Shown: positions 1 to 9,387 of the stretch, one piece after another
How the letters are laid out: every line of letters starts with the position of its first letter
Position numbering within the stretch: the stretch's first letter is position 1
Assembly: GCA_049283795.1 (NCBI GenBank)
Contig: JBAPWQ010000049.1
Coordinates: 13,400 to 77,399 of the forward strand
DNA from: Desulfobacterales bacterium
GTDB lineage: Bacteria; Desulfobacterota; Desulfobacteria; Desulfobacterales; SG8-13
DNA: 64,000 nt
Direction of reading: 5' to 3'
The notes under the pieces: generated by a model
Database searches by the model: none
The model's input: only the letters and a program-made list of their open reading frames with translations
What the model was told of the DNA's origin: nothing
Program-made: the position numbers and the translations under genes

Positions 1-85
1 CTGGAGGCCTGAAGGCAAAAACCGCGTGCGGGCAAGAGTCAAAGTCGACGGCCGATCGGGTGCGCTAATCGAGCCGCTGTCGACG

Positions 86-655
86 TTACGCTTTCACGCG
101 CGACATGAAGCGGACCGCCGCGATGTTTACCCGCACGATCTCTCCGGGAGCAAGGTATTCGGGGACCAGCACTGTCACGCCGTTGGAAAGAATCGCCGGC
201 TTGTTGCGATTGGTGGCCGTGGCCCCCCGGATGACCGGTGCGGTTTCGGCGATGGCCAGGTCGGCGGAGGCCGGCAGTTCGATGGCGATGATACTGCCGC
301 CCTGCAGCAGGGCCGTGATGCCCTCGAGCCCTTCGCTCAGCCACTGCGCCTGTTCTCCCAGAAATTCTTCACCCAGGGTGTACTGCTCATAGTTGTCCAC
401 ATCCATGAAGGTGAACAGGTCACGGTCGCGGTAGAGAAAGTTGACCGACCGGCGCTCCAGATCCACCTCCTCCAGGGTGTCGTTGCCCTTGAACGATTGT
501 TCCAGCTTCTGGCCGGACGGGATGGCGGCAAAGCGGACCTTGTAGAGCGTATTGGCCCCGCGGGCGGATGGGGTTTGAACATCGATCTGTTTGGCCTGAC
601 AGAGCTGGCCATTGATCAAAACAATGGCACCCTTTTTCAGGTTGGATGCTTTCAA
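86..655 (-). CDS. yeiP: Elongation factor P paralog (EfpL/YeiP type)
   Basis: Track ORF 86..775(-) trimmed to TTG at 655 (GGAG 7 nt upstream), giving 189 aa. The loop QTPSARGANTLYKVRF and the C-terminal NKPAILSNGVTVLVPEYLAPGE match YeiP/EfpL, not the KPGKG loop of canonical EF-P. Confidence 0.85.
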   Translation of the reverse strand: MKASNLKKGAIVLINGQLCQAKQIDVQTPSARGANTLYKVRFAAIPSGQKLEQSFKGNDTLEEVDLERRSVNFLYRDRDLFTFMDVDNYEQYTLGEEFLGEQAQWLSEGLEGITALLQGGSIIAIELPASADLAIAETAPVIRGATATNRNKPAILSNGVTVLVPEYLAPGEIVRVNIAAVRFMSRVKA

Positions 656-812
656 CAAATGACTCCTCGTGTTAGTGGTGGAACTGACAGGCGCCCCGGG
701 ATCGGCATGACGAGTATCGCTTCTGCCATCGGGAAACTTGTGACTGCACCTATCACGGACGGCGTCGTTCGTCAAAAAGAAAACAGGAGCGCGCGAATCA
801 GGGGCAATTAAT

Positions 813-2534
813 ATGACGAAAGATAACGGGATGGGACGTTATGCGCTGCAACTGGTGAAAACCGATTCCGGAACCGGCTATTTCGCCTGCTTTCCCCGGG
901 GAAATCCTGATTTTGCGGCCGGCCTGCGATATGCGCGGGCGCATCCCAACGATGAATTCATGCGAAAACACCTGCTGCAGTTGATAAACGCCTGGGACAG
1001 GCGCTCGCTGGCGCAGGCCATTTCGGCCTGTAAGGCGACCGATCTTTTTCTTCTGGCCCTGTATTTCGAAGCCTGCCTGCTCAATCCGCAATTCGATTCG
1101 CTGCGCCGTCTTTTCGCGTCCGCTGAGACGCAGCGCCTGGCCGATGTCACGCCGCTCGTTTATATCGGCGCCGCCCTGTTGGCGGACAGGGCAAGCCACG
1201 AAAAATGGATCCGGCTCTTTCGACTGAACATCACGGCGCATAAGGAACTTCCACATCCGGAAGGGGGGACCCCGGCGCCGCCGTTTCCCAACCGGCTCGC
1301 TATCGAGGCCGGAAAGGTGAGGCAGACATTGCAGGAGGCATTCGACCGGCGGCCGGCCGGCGCTGACCGGCAACACACCGCGCCTTTGGAAGCTGCCGGG
1401 ACCACGGCCCTGGCCCTCGACCGGCTGGCGAAAGCCGGCATTGTTCCGGGCCCTGAAATGCGGCACGAATCATCCCTCAGCCCGATCGCCCTGCTGCGGG
1501 GGTGGGAAATGAAGACGCGCGTGCACAATGGACGGCACCGCTTCACATTGGAAGGGCCTCAAACCGCCTACGGCCGCGGGCTCGACCTTGAATCGGCCCG
1601 TGCGGCCTGCGTCATGGAAATCGTCGAGCGATGCTCGGCCTATGCCGCCGTTGTCCCCGGCCGTATCGCAGGGTATCAAAAATCGTATCCCCTGCTGCAC
1701 GGCCGTGCCTCGGAGCTGCGGCAACAGCACATCAACCACCTCGATCCCAACCGGCTGACGCTCGAAGCGCCGTATTTGGATGATCCTTTCTACTGGATTG
1801 AAGGGCAGGAAGCCGCCGGAACCGGATCGCGATCCATCTTCGTGCCGGCGCAGTGCGTCTTTTTGTTCTGCAACCTGGATGAGCGCAAGCTCTTTTCCGC
1901 GCTGGGGTCGACCGGCCTGGCCTCGGGCAGCACCATGGCGGCCGCCAAAGTGAGCGCGCTGCTGGAGGTTATAGAGCGCGACAGCGAAAGCACCATGCCC
2001 TTTACGCCCCGGCAGTGTTTCGAGGCCGAGACCGAGGACCCGATGGTGGGCGCCCTGCTGGAGAGCTACGACCGGCTGGGCATCCGGGTGCAGTTCCAGG
2101 ACATGACCACCCCGCTCGGGGTGCCGTGCTGCAAGTGTTTCGTGGTTTCGGCGGACGGGCATATCGTGAAGGGAACCGGCGCGCACCTCGATGCGCGGCG
2201 GGCACTGCTGGCGGCCATGACGGAGACGCCGTATCCCTATCCCGGCGGTGCGCCGTCAGGTTCGGCCCTGCAGGGGCTCCTGCGCGTGCCATTGGAAAAG
2301 CTGCCGGATTACTCATGCGGTGACGCGGCCCGGGACCTGGAGTTGCTTGAAACCCTGCTGGTTTCCAACGGCTTCAGGCCGATCTATGTCGATTTGACCC
2401 GCCGGGATGTCGGTATGCCGGTCGTACGGGCGATCGTGCCCGGTATGGAGTTATTGGGGGATTTCGACCGTTTTTCACGGGTCAATCCGCGGCTCTATGC
2501 CAATTACGTCGGGATGTTCGGTTCTGCAGGCTGA
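813..2534 (+). CDS. YcaO-domain protein with a ~220-aa N-terminal domain of unknown function
   Basis: 573-aa ORF. YcaO-like motifs lie in the C-terminal two thirds (GRGLDLESARAACVMEIVERCSAY, LGSTGLASGSTMAAAKVSALLEVIERD, KGTGAHLDARRALLAAMTETPYPYP). AGGGG upstream of the ATG. Confidence 0.8.
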   Translation: MTKDNGMGRYALQLVKTDSGTGYFACFPRGNPDFAAGLRYARAHPNDEFMRKHLLQLINAWDRRSLAQAISACKATDLFLLALYFEACLLNPQFDSLRRLFASAETQRLADVTPLVYIGAALLADRASHEKWIRLFRLNITAHKELPHPEGGTPAPPFPNRLAIEAGKVRQTLQEAFDRRPAGADRQHTAPLEAAGTTALALDRLAKAGIVPGPEMRHESSLSPIALLRGWEMKTRVHNGRHRFTLEGPQTAYGRGLDLESARAACVMEIVERCSAYAAVVPGRIAGYQKSYPLLHGRASELRQQHINHLDPNRLTLEAPYLDDPFYWIEGQEAAGTGSRSIFVPAQCVFLFCNLDERKLFSALGSTGLASGSTMAAAKVSALLEVIERDSESTMPFTPRQCFEAETEDPMVGALLESYDRLGIRVQFQDMTTPLGVPCCKCFVVSADGHIVKGTGAHLDARRALLAAMTETPYPYPGGAPSGSALQGLLRVPLEKLPDYSCGDAARDLELLETLLVSNGFRPIYVDLTRRDVGMPVVRAIVPGMELLGDFDRFSRVNPRLYANYVGMFGSAG

Positions 2535-2556
2535 TCGGCCGGCGGCAAGCAGCGGG

Positions 2557-3057
2557 TTATTTGTAGAGGTTCTGGATACAGGTTTCGAAAATCCTGGCAA
2601 TGTTATACAGCGCCAACCGCAAAAACCAGTCATAGCGCGGATGGTCGGTAAATTTCGGAATGGCATATTTTTCCCGGTTTTGGGCCAGGGACCGGAATCC
2701 GAATTCACCGATGTTCCACATCAGGGTTTCATACGCCGCGGCGTCGAGATCGCGCGCCCACACGGTACGCTTGTCCGCCGCCAGGGCCTCGCGATAGTCT
2801 GCCGTAAACACGGGTTCGGCACCTCTTGCGGCTGTATTTTCCAGGGCGAACTCGCAACCATAGACCAATGCGATTCCCAATACGGCCCCGTGCATGCGCA
2901 GCTGCCAGATGGCGTCGATTTCCGTGCGCGGCAGGGGATAGGCCCCGGTTTCGAGATTGATCAGGCTTGAAATGGCCCCGAATTCACCTGCATACCGCAG
3001 CAGCAGGGTCAGGGAATGTTCATCGACCGTCTCGACCCATTTCTTCAATCTGGACAT
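2557..3057 (-). CDS. Hypothetical protein (166 aa)
   Basis: Single long ORF filling the gap between the YcaO and hisHF genes, convergent with ycaO. No family recognised. Confidence 0.5.
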   Translation of the reverse strand: MSRLKKWVETVDEHSLTLLLRYAGEFGAISSLINLETGAYPLPRTEIDAIWQLRMHGAVLGIALVYGCEFALENTAARGAEPVFTADYREALAADKRTVWARDLDAAAYETLMWNIGEFGFRSLAQNREKYAIPKFTDHPRYDWFLRLALYNIARIFETCIQNLYK

Positions 3058-3185
3058 CGATTCCCCTGCACGGTTTTAGACTTCAAGATCGCAAAAATTA
3101 TACGATGACGCGCCTGGTTTGTCAAATTTGCGGAAGGGCCAAAACGGAGAGCCGGAGGAGCGAACGGGACCACCGGCCCGCTTTT

Positions 3186-4757
3186 TCACAGCCGGATTTC
3201 CACCGTGTCGCGCAAAAAATTCTTGACGTCGGCGATCGGTACCTCGCGACGGTGGAAGATGCCGGCCGCCAGGGCCGATTCGGCCGCGGTGGCGGTAAAT
3301 ACCTCCAGGAAGTGGTCTGGCCGACCGGCGCCGCTGGAGGCGATAACCGGAATCGAGACCGATTCCTTGACCGCCTGGATCAACTCGAGGTCGAAACCCA
3401 GCCCCGTGCCGTCCCGGTCGATGCAGTTAAGCAGGATTTCGCCGGCGCCCAGCTTTTCACAGGCCCGCGCCAGGGTCACGGCGTCGAGGTCCCGCCCTTC
3501 GCGGCCGCCTTTTATCGTGCATTGATACCAGCAATACCGCTCTCCGGCCGGGCCGGGAAAACGCGTTTCAATGACACGGTGGCGGACGGCGTCCGGTGAG
3601 GGGACATACACCCTGCGCGGATCGATGGAAATGACCACGGCCTGATTGCCGTAGACGGCGGCGATCTGCTCGATGGCGCTGCCGCCGGATTTTACACCGG
3701 ATGCCAGATACTCTTCCACAATGAGCACCGCATCACTGCCGATCGACACCTTGTCGGCTCCGGACCGGAAATACTCCGCCGCGACCTCGAGCGCCGAATA
3801 CGCGCGATTGTTCTTGTCGGTGTAGTTGCGGATGCCGCCGCCGATTGTCAACGGCACGAAGACCGTGCGGGAGGTTTGTTTCAGTACCTCGAGCATCGGC
3901 ATGTCTTCCAGCGGAAAATCACGGAAGCCGGTGATGTTGAGAAAGGTGATTTCATCGGCGCCCTCCTCATAGTAACGGCCGGCCAATGTGACCGGCCGGC
4001 CGAGATTGCGCACGTCTCCATCTTCCCGCACATCGTAGCGGTCGCCTTTCGTGACCACCAGATCGCCCTGGTCATTCGAGCGCACATCCAGGCAGGCGAT
4101 GATCCGTTTGGCCAGGCAGGTGCGGTTGGGGGTCCGGGGAGGCAGAAAAGGGCGCGAATCGGCGCCCAAAAAATTTTTCAGGAGGCGCAGCCCGGCGCGC
4201 CCGCTCTTTTCGGGGTGGAACTGGGTCGCGATGATGTTATCTTTTTGAATGGCGCTGACAAACCTGTCGCCGTAATCGGTGGTCGTCAGGACCAGCGCCG
4301 GGTCCTTTGGCGAAACGTAATAGGAATGGACGAAATAAAATTTTTCGTCACCGGCGAGCGAATCGAAGATTTTCGAGGGCTGTCGGATGGTGAGGCCGTT
4401 CCAGCCGATGTGCGGAACTGCCAGCGCATGGGTGAACCGTTTCACCACGCCCGGAATGACCCCCAGACCCCGGCAGTCCGGCGCTTCTTCACTGCTTTCG
4501 AAGAGCGCCTGCAAGCCGAGGCAAATGCCCAGAAACGGCCGGTTTGACTCAAGATAGGCCTTTAGCGGCTCCACGAGGCCTTTGTCGTGCAGGATCCGCA
4601 TCATGTTGCCGAAGGCCCCCACCCCCGGAAAAACCAGTTTCTCGGCCGCAAGGATGTCACCGGCCGCCGAAACGGTTTTGACGGTTTCCCCCAGGCTTTC
4701 AATGGCGTTGACAACGCTTCTGACGTTGCCGGCGCCGTAATCGAGCAATGTGATCAT
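3186..4757 (-). CDS. hisHF: Imidazole glycerol phosphate synthase, fused HisH (glutaminase) and HisF (cyclase)
   Basis: 523 aa. The N-terminal GATase has LLDYGAGNVRSV, GICLGLQ and QFHPEKS. The C-terminal HisF barrel has RIIACLDVR, GADEITFLNIT, PLTIGGGIR, YCWYQCTIKGGREGRD and IASSGAG. Confidence 0.9.
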   Translation of the reverse strand: MITLLDYGAGNVRSVVNAIESLGETVKTVSAAGDILAAEKLVFPGVGAFGNMMRILHDKGLVEPLKAYLESNRPFLGICLGLQALFESSEEAPDCRGLGVIPGVVKRFTHALAVPHIGWNGLTIRQPSKIFDSLAGDEKFYFVHSYYVSPKDPALVLTTTDYGDRFVSAIQKDNIIATQFHPEKSGRAGLRLLKNFLGADSRPFLPPRTPNRTCLAKRIIACLDVRSNDQGDLVVTKGDRYDVREDGDVRNLGRPVTLAGRYYEEGADEITFLNITGFRDFPLEDMPMLEVLKQTSRTVFVPLTIGGGIRNYTDKNNRAYSALEVAAEYFRSGADKVSIGSDAVLIVEEYLASGVKSGGSAIEQIAAVYGNQAVVISIDPRRVYVPSPDAVRHRVIETRFPGPAGERYCWYQCTIKGGREGRDLDAVTLARACEKLGAGEILLNCIDRDGTGLGFDLELIQAVKESVSIPVIASSGAGRPDHFLEVFTATAAESALAAGIFHRREVPIADVKNFLRDTVEIRL

Positions 4758-4769
4758 GTGGGTATGCCT

Positions 4770-4818
4770 GTTGGCCGGTTAGCCCGTTAGCCGGTTGAGC
4801 CGGTTGCCCGTTGGCCGG
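4770..4818. repeat. Short-period GCCGGTT-type tandem repeat tract (family copy 1)
   Basis: gttggccggttagcccgttagccggttgagccggttgcccgttggccgg lies directly upstream of the hisHF start. It shares an identical 16-mer, gccggttgagccggtt (4790..4805), with 36724..36739. Confidence 0.6.
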
Positions 4819-5024
4819 ATAAACGATTAGTGTTGGTGATATTCGGCGTTTGATGGTCAACTTTCTCCCGAGAAAGCCTCTCAACCATCTTTCGCCCCCC
4901 TTGTCCGGGTGCGCCCGCCCGCCTGGTAAGTTCCAACCGCTGCCTATGCGATCTTTTAGGGCCCAACCTATTCGATTCCTGGAAACGCGGACGGCGACAG
5001 GCGGCGGCAAGCGGCGGCAAGGGG

Positions 5025-5429
5025 TCAAGAAGTCGGCCCCTTTGTCGACTGCAGGGCTTCGGTCAACTTTTCCAGCAGGTCTTCGAGTTCGTAGGGTTTG
5101 GTGAGGTAATCGAAAGCGCCGCAGGCGAGCCCCTCCCGGGCCGCCTGTTCGGACCCGTGCCCGGTCAGCATGAGTACCGGCAGCTCCGGGTCCATTTTGA
5201 GGAAAATTTTCAGGACCTCTATCCCGTCCATGTCCTCCATCTTGAGATCCAGGATCGCCACATCGAACTCCCGGGCCCGCAGGGACTGGATGGCTTGCGT
5301 GCCGCTGTAGGCCAGGGAGACATCGAACCCCCGCTTGGTCAATCGTTTGGATAAAACGGCGCCAAAGGCCCGTTCGTCATCGACCAGCAGCAGTCTGGGC
5401 CGGTGGCGATCCTCGTTTTCACCGGACAT
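5025..5429 (-). CDS. Stand-alone response regulator receiver (CheY-like)
   Basis: 134 aa. Motifs LLLVDDE, DVAILDLKMEDMDG and LMLTGHG. GGGGGAA RBS. Confidence 0.85.
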   Translation of the reverse strand: MSGENEDRHRPRLLLVDDERAFGAVLSKRLTKRGFDVSLAYSGTQAIQSLRAREFDVAILDLKMEDMDGIEVLKIFLKMDPELPVLMLTGHGSEQAAREGLACGAFDYLTKPYELEDLLEKLTEALQSTKGPTS

Positions 5430-5440
5430 GCGCGTTCCCC

Positions 5441-5872
5441 CTATGGACGACGGGATGTGATCTCCCTGAGCCGGGCGTCGACAATCTTGTTCTCGTGCGA
5501 GCGTTTCCTGGCGGCCGCCTCTTCGACCTTGGCCAGCAGCACATCCATTTCGCAGGGCTTCATAAGGTAATCGAGCGCCCCGAGTTTCATGCCGTCGATG
5601 GCCGTTTCGACCGTGGCATGCCCGGTCAGCATGATCACCTCCACCAGGGGGTGCCTCTTCTTGATTTCCTTAAGGGTTTCGACACCATCCATGCCGGGCA
5701 TCTTGACATCCAGAATGACCACTTCGAGTTTGGGATCCTTGGCGAGCGCCTCCAGCGCAACCTGGCCGTTCAAAGCCGTCGTCACCTCCAGTTTGCGTTT
5801 TGTCAGACGCTTGGTCATGGTCTCCACGAAAGGTGCTTCGTCGTCGACTAAGAGTACGTTGGCTATGGTCAT
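5441..5872 (-). CDS. Stand-alone response regulator receiver (CheY-like)
   Basis: Track ORF trimmed to the ATG at 5872 (AAGGAGA RBS), giving 143 aa. Motifs VLLVDDE, VVILDVKMPGMDG and IMLTGHA. Confidence 0.85.
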   Translation of the reverse strand: MTIANVLLVDDEAPFVETMTKRLTKRKLEVTTALNGQVALEALAKDPKLEVVILDVKMPGMDGVETLKEIKKRHPLVEVIMLTGHATVETAIDGMKLGALDYLMKPCEMDVLLAKVEEAAARKRSHENKIVDARLREITSRRP

Positions 5873-5930
5873 GTCTATTCTCCTTTTGCAGGGGCATCGA
5901 TGACATCGTTGATCGATGCTCAATATTTAT

Positions 5931-7712
5931 TCAGGCGTCGGCGGCCTGAGGGGCGCCAGGAGCCTCCGCCAGAGGCGGCCGCGAGAGGGGAAAATGGAGG
6001 TGAAAGGTCGTGCCCTCGCCCAGAACACTGTCGACGCCGATTTCCCCGCCCATCTTGTTGATGATCCCGTAACAGATGGACAGTCCCAGGCCGGTGCCCT
6101 TGCCCACCGGTTTGGTGGTAAAAAACGGGTCGAAAATTTTGGCCAGATTCGCCTTGGGGATGCCGGGACCGGTGTCGGCGATGTCGACCACCACCCCGTG
6201 GAATTCACGCTCGTCCGCGACCCGGGTGGTGATCGTCAGGGTGCCGCCGGTTTTTTCCATGGCATCCAGAGCGTTGTTGATCAGGTTCAGGAAAACCTGC
6301 TGAAGCTCGATTTCGGAGGCGTAAATCAGCGGCAGGTCGGCCTTGAGGTCGGTCTCGATCGAGACATTGCCGAACTTGGCGCGCTGGCCCGAGAGCCTGA
6401 CCATCTCTTCGATCAGGGCGTTCAGCTGGAGTTTCTTGGCCTTGCCGTCGGTTTTGCGGGCGAAACTGAGCAGGTTATGGGTGATGTCCTTGCACCGGTG
6501 TCCCTGGACCCGGATCTGTTTCAGGGCGCGGTGAAACTCCTCCAGGTTTTTGCCCTGCTTGAGGTCCTCCTCTTCGAGCAGGTCCTCGATCCAGCCGGCC
6601 TCTTCGACCATGATCGCCACCGGGTTGTTGATTTCATGGGCGATCCCCGCCGCCAGCTCCCCGATCGAAGCCAGTTTTCCGGTTTCGATCACCTGCTTGT
6701 CCATCATCTCCTTGTCCCGGTCGGCCTGGGCCATGCGGCTGATCATGCGCCGCGACAGCAGCAGGGCCATGGTCACGATGCCGATGCCGCCGAGCATGAT
6801 GATGACAAAGGCGATGTTCTGGGTGCGCCGCAGGTCCGAGAACGCATCGTAGGCCCGCTGCTGATAGACAAGCAGCCAGTCGCCGTTTTTTAAAAAAGCC
6901 GCAACATAGATGTTCATCTGCCCGGACGCATCGGCTTTTTCAATGATATGAACCGTTTTGGTTCCTTCTTCCTGCCGGATGCCCAGAAAATCGCGGTAGG
7001 GCCCCTTCTGCGGCAGGATCTCGGAGATGGTCTGGGTCTGCAGTTCACCGTTGCGGTTCAGGATGAAGGCAAACCCGGTGGCCCCGATGCGAATCCTTTC
7101 CACCAGGTTGTTGAACGCCACGAAGTCGATGGTCGCCCGGATGATGGTCGGCTTGCCGAACCAGTATTCACGCACGGCGATGATGAAGTGCGGCAGGCCG
7201 CGCAGGCCCAGGAACACATCGCTGATGAAATAGTCGCTGTTGCTGGCTTTTTTGAACCAGTCGGCGTCCGAATACTGGGCCTTGCCCAGCTTGAAGGGCC
7301 CGACGTAGGCGATCTGAACGCCCTGGGCATCGACCACCCCCAGATCCACGAACGCGGGGGAGAACACCTGCTGAAAGGTTTCCAGCCGCTCCTGCAGCAC
7401 GGCGGCATCTGTGGTCCGGTCGTCGAACAAGCTTTTGCCGAGAAAGCGCACGTCGCTGAGCTTTTCGTTCAGGAAGGTCTCGATGTTCTGCCGGTGCTTT
7501 TCGACCATTTCGCCGAGGTGCGCGTAGACCTTTTCCTTGTGCGACCTCTGAAACTCATACAGAATGACGCCGCTGACAAGGAGCATGGGGGTCAGGGACA
7601 CCACCAGGACGAGCGTGATCATTTTGCGGGCCAGCGATCGGTAGTACGGATTCTCCAGGCTGTCCGGCCCGGGGTGACGGATTTTTTGGTTTGCAATGAC
7701 GCTGGTGCTCAA
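5931..7712 (-). CDS. Sensor histidine kinase with a periplasmic Cache-like sensor domain
   Basis: 593 aa with a TTG start. It has an N-terminal TM, an extracytoplasmic domain and a second TM. H-box [11 protein letters not shown]. ATPase boxes [15 protein letters not shown] and GTGLGLSI. Confidence 0.85.
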   Translation of the reverse strand: MSTSVIANQKIRHPGPDSLENPYYRSLARKMITLVLVVSLTPMLLVSGVILYEFQRSHKEKVYAHLGEMVEKHRQNIETFLNEKLSDVRFLGKSLFDDRTTDAAVLQERLETFQQVFSPAFVDLGVVDAQGVQIAYVGPFKLGKAQYSDADWFKKASNSDYFISDVFLGLRGLPHFIIAVREYWFGKPTIIRATIDFVAFNNLVERIRIGATGFAFILNRNGELQTQTISEILPQKGPYRDFLGIRQEEGTKTVHIIEKADASGQMNIYVAAFLKNGDWLLVYQQRAYDAFSDLRRTQNIAFVIIMLGGIGIVTMALLLSRRMISRMAQADRDKEMMDKQVIETGKLASIGELAAGIAHEINNPVAIMVEEAGWIEDLLEEEDLKQGKNLEEFHRALKQIRVQGHRCKDITHNLLSFARKTDGKAKKLQLNALIEEMVRLSGQRAKFGNVSIETDLKADLPLIYASEIELQQVFLNLINNALDAMEKTGGTLTITTRVADEREFHGVVVDIADTGPGIPKANLAKIFDPFFTTKPVGKGTGLGLSICYGIINKMGGEIGVDSVLGEGTTFHLHFPLSRPPLAEAPGAPQAADA

Positions 7713-7818
7713 GAATATCGCTCCGTTTTACCGAGTCGATGACCTTTATGGGCAGAAACCGCCCGCAGGGCGGTCGATCTTTCGGCACCCTGCGGTTATG
7801 GTTGCCAATTCGGTGCGA

Positions 7819-9291
7819 CTAACGCGGTATAGTAACCGGCATGCCCATCAGGGGCCAGAGGATGAAGACCGCAAAGCCCACCACGACCATGAGCAGAATG
7901 CTGGCCGGGATACCGTACAGAAAGAACTCTCCCGGGGTAAACTGTTTCGAATCGTAGGCAATCGCATTGGGGGCGGCCCCCACGAGCAGCAAAAAGGGCA
8001 TACCGGCCGTCACCAGCGCGGCAAAAAGGATGACCTCGGCCGCCACTCCGAGATAGGGGGCGATGACGAACGCCACCGGCAGCGAAATGGCGATGGCGGC
8101 CACGTTCATGATGAAATTGGTCATGATCAGGACAAAAAAAGCGATGCTCATGGTGAACACGAACCAGTTGGCCTCCTTGAACATCACCAGCCAGTTGACG
8201 GCCAGCCATTTGGCGGCCCCGGTCTCCCAGAGGCAGAAACCGATGCTCATCGCCCCGGCGAAGAGCAGGATGATGTTCCAGGGGATGGCCTCCAGGTCGT
8301 CGATGTCCAGGATCCCGGTCACGAAGAACATGATGGTCGAAATCAGGATGATGGCCGTCTTGTCGACCGGCTGCAGGGCCGGCACGAAGGAGCGCAGGGC
8401 CATGGTCAGGATGCAGGCGAAGACGATGATGCTGGCCAGGATCTCGTTGCGCGACAGTGGGCCGAGTTCCGAATAGAGCTGCTTGGCCCGGTCTTTCAGG
8501 CCGGGGATGGTTTTCTTTTCCGGTTTGAGGAATATCATGAAAAATCCCCACAGGAGAAAGGTCATCAGCCATCCGATGGGGAACATGTAGTAGGTCAGCT
8601 GGAAAAACGAGACGCTCTTGCCGATGATGTCGGTGTAAAAGCCTAAGGCCACGGCTCCCCGCGCGGCTCCCAAGAGGGTGATGATGCTGCCGGCGCCGGC
8701 CACGTAGGCCATGCCGATGAAGAGCCCCTTGCCGAATTTGGTGGGACGGTCGCCCTCGCCGTACAGGGAATAGATGGCCAGCAGCAGGGGATAAATGGTG
8801 GCCGCCACGGCGGTGTGGGCCATGATGTGGGTCAGGGCGGCGGTGACCACGAAACAGCCCAGGTAAATCATGCTGGTGCGCTCGCCCACGATCGCCAGCA
8901 TCTTGTAGGCCATGCGGCGGGTCAGGCCGGTTTTCGTGAACACCAGGCCGATGACGATCGAGGCGAAGATGAACATCACCGACGGGTCCATGAAGTCCTT
9001 GAAGGCCACTTTGGCGGGCCGGATCAGAAACAGCGCCTGCAGCACGCCGATCGCCAGGCTGGTGACACCGATCGGCACGACTTCGAAAACCCACCAGGTG
9101 CCGGCCAGGAGAAAGACCGCCAGGGCCCCCTTGCCTTCGCGGGTCAGTTCAAAGTGCTTGCCGAGTGGATCGATGGCGTCCGGCCACGGTGGGGAGTAAT
9201 AGGCGAGCGTGAAAAGGCCGATCCCCAAAAAAAGAAAAATAAGTTTTTTCCAATTAATCCGGCTTGATATTCCATTGACCCCATCGCTCAT
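7819..9291 (-). CDS. DASS/SLC13-type (ArsB/NhaD superfamily) anion:sodium symporter
   Basis: 490-aa polytopic membrane ORF with a GGAGGAGGA RBS. The N-terminal WWVFEVVPIGVTSLAIG and the overall architecture resemble DASS permeases. Confidence 0.75.
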   Translation of the reverse strand: MSDGVNGISSRINWKKLIFLFLGIGLFTLAYYSPPWPDAIDPLGKHFELTREGKGALAVFLLAGTWWVFEVVPIGVTSLAIGVLQALFLIRPAKVAFKDFMDPSVMFIFASIVIGLVFTKTGLTRRMAYKMLAIVGERTSMIYLGCFVVTAALTHIMAHTAVAATIYPLLLAIYSLYGEGDRPTKFGKGLFIGMAYVAGAGSIITLLGAARGAVALGFYTDIIGKSVSFFQLTYYMFPIGWLMTFLLWGFFMIFLKPEKKTIPGLKDRAKQLYSELGPLSRNEILASIIVFACILTMALRSFVPALQPVDKTAIILISTIMFFVTGILDIDDLEAIPWNIILLFAGAMSIGFCLWETGAAKWLAVNWLVMFKEANWFVFTMSIAFFVLIMTNFIMNVAAIAISLPVAFVIAPYLGVAAEVILFAALVTAGMPFLLLVGAAPNAIAYDSKQFTPGEFFLYGIPASILLMVVVGFAVFILWPLMGMPVTIPR

Positions 9292-9387
9292 GCTGCAGTC
9301 CTCCTCCGTCTTGCCGCTCGGTGATGTTGTGGTATCGTCCGGTTCGGATCATTCGAGCGGATCGATTCAGTCACTTGTCGCACCCGT

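Noticed and set aside
4770-4818. Short-period repeats (also at 36701..36755, 45624..45693 and 11064..11094) as a CRISPR array or a coding collagen-like repeat
   Set aside because: The units are 7-9 nt with no spacers, far too short for CRISPR. No cas genes are present. The tracts lie outside credible reading frames.
7696-9094. ORFs 7696..8646(+) and 7796..9094(-, alternative frame) inside the transporter locus
   Set aside because: The 7819..9291(-) frame gives a coherent polytopic membrane protein with a strong RBS. The others are His/Arg/Gly/Asp-rich shadow frames.
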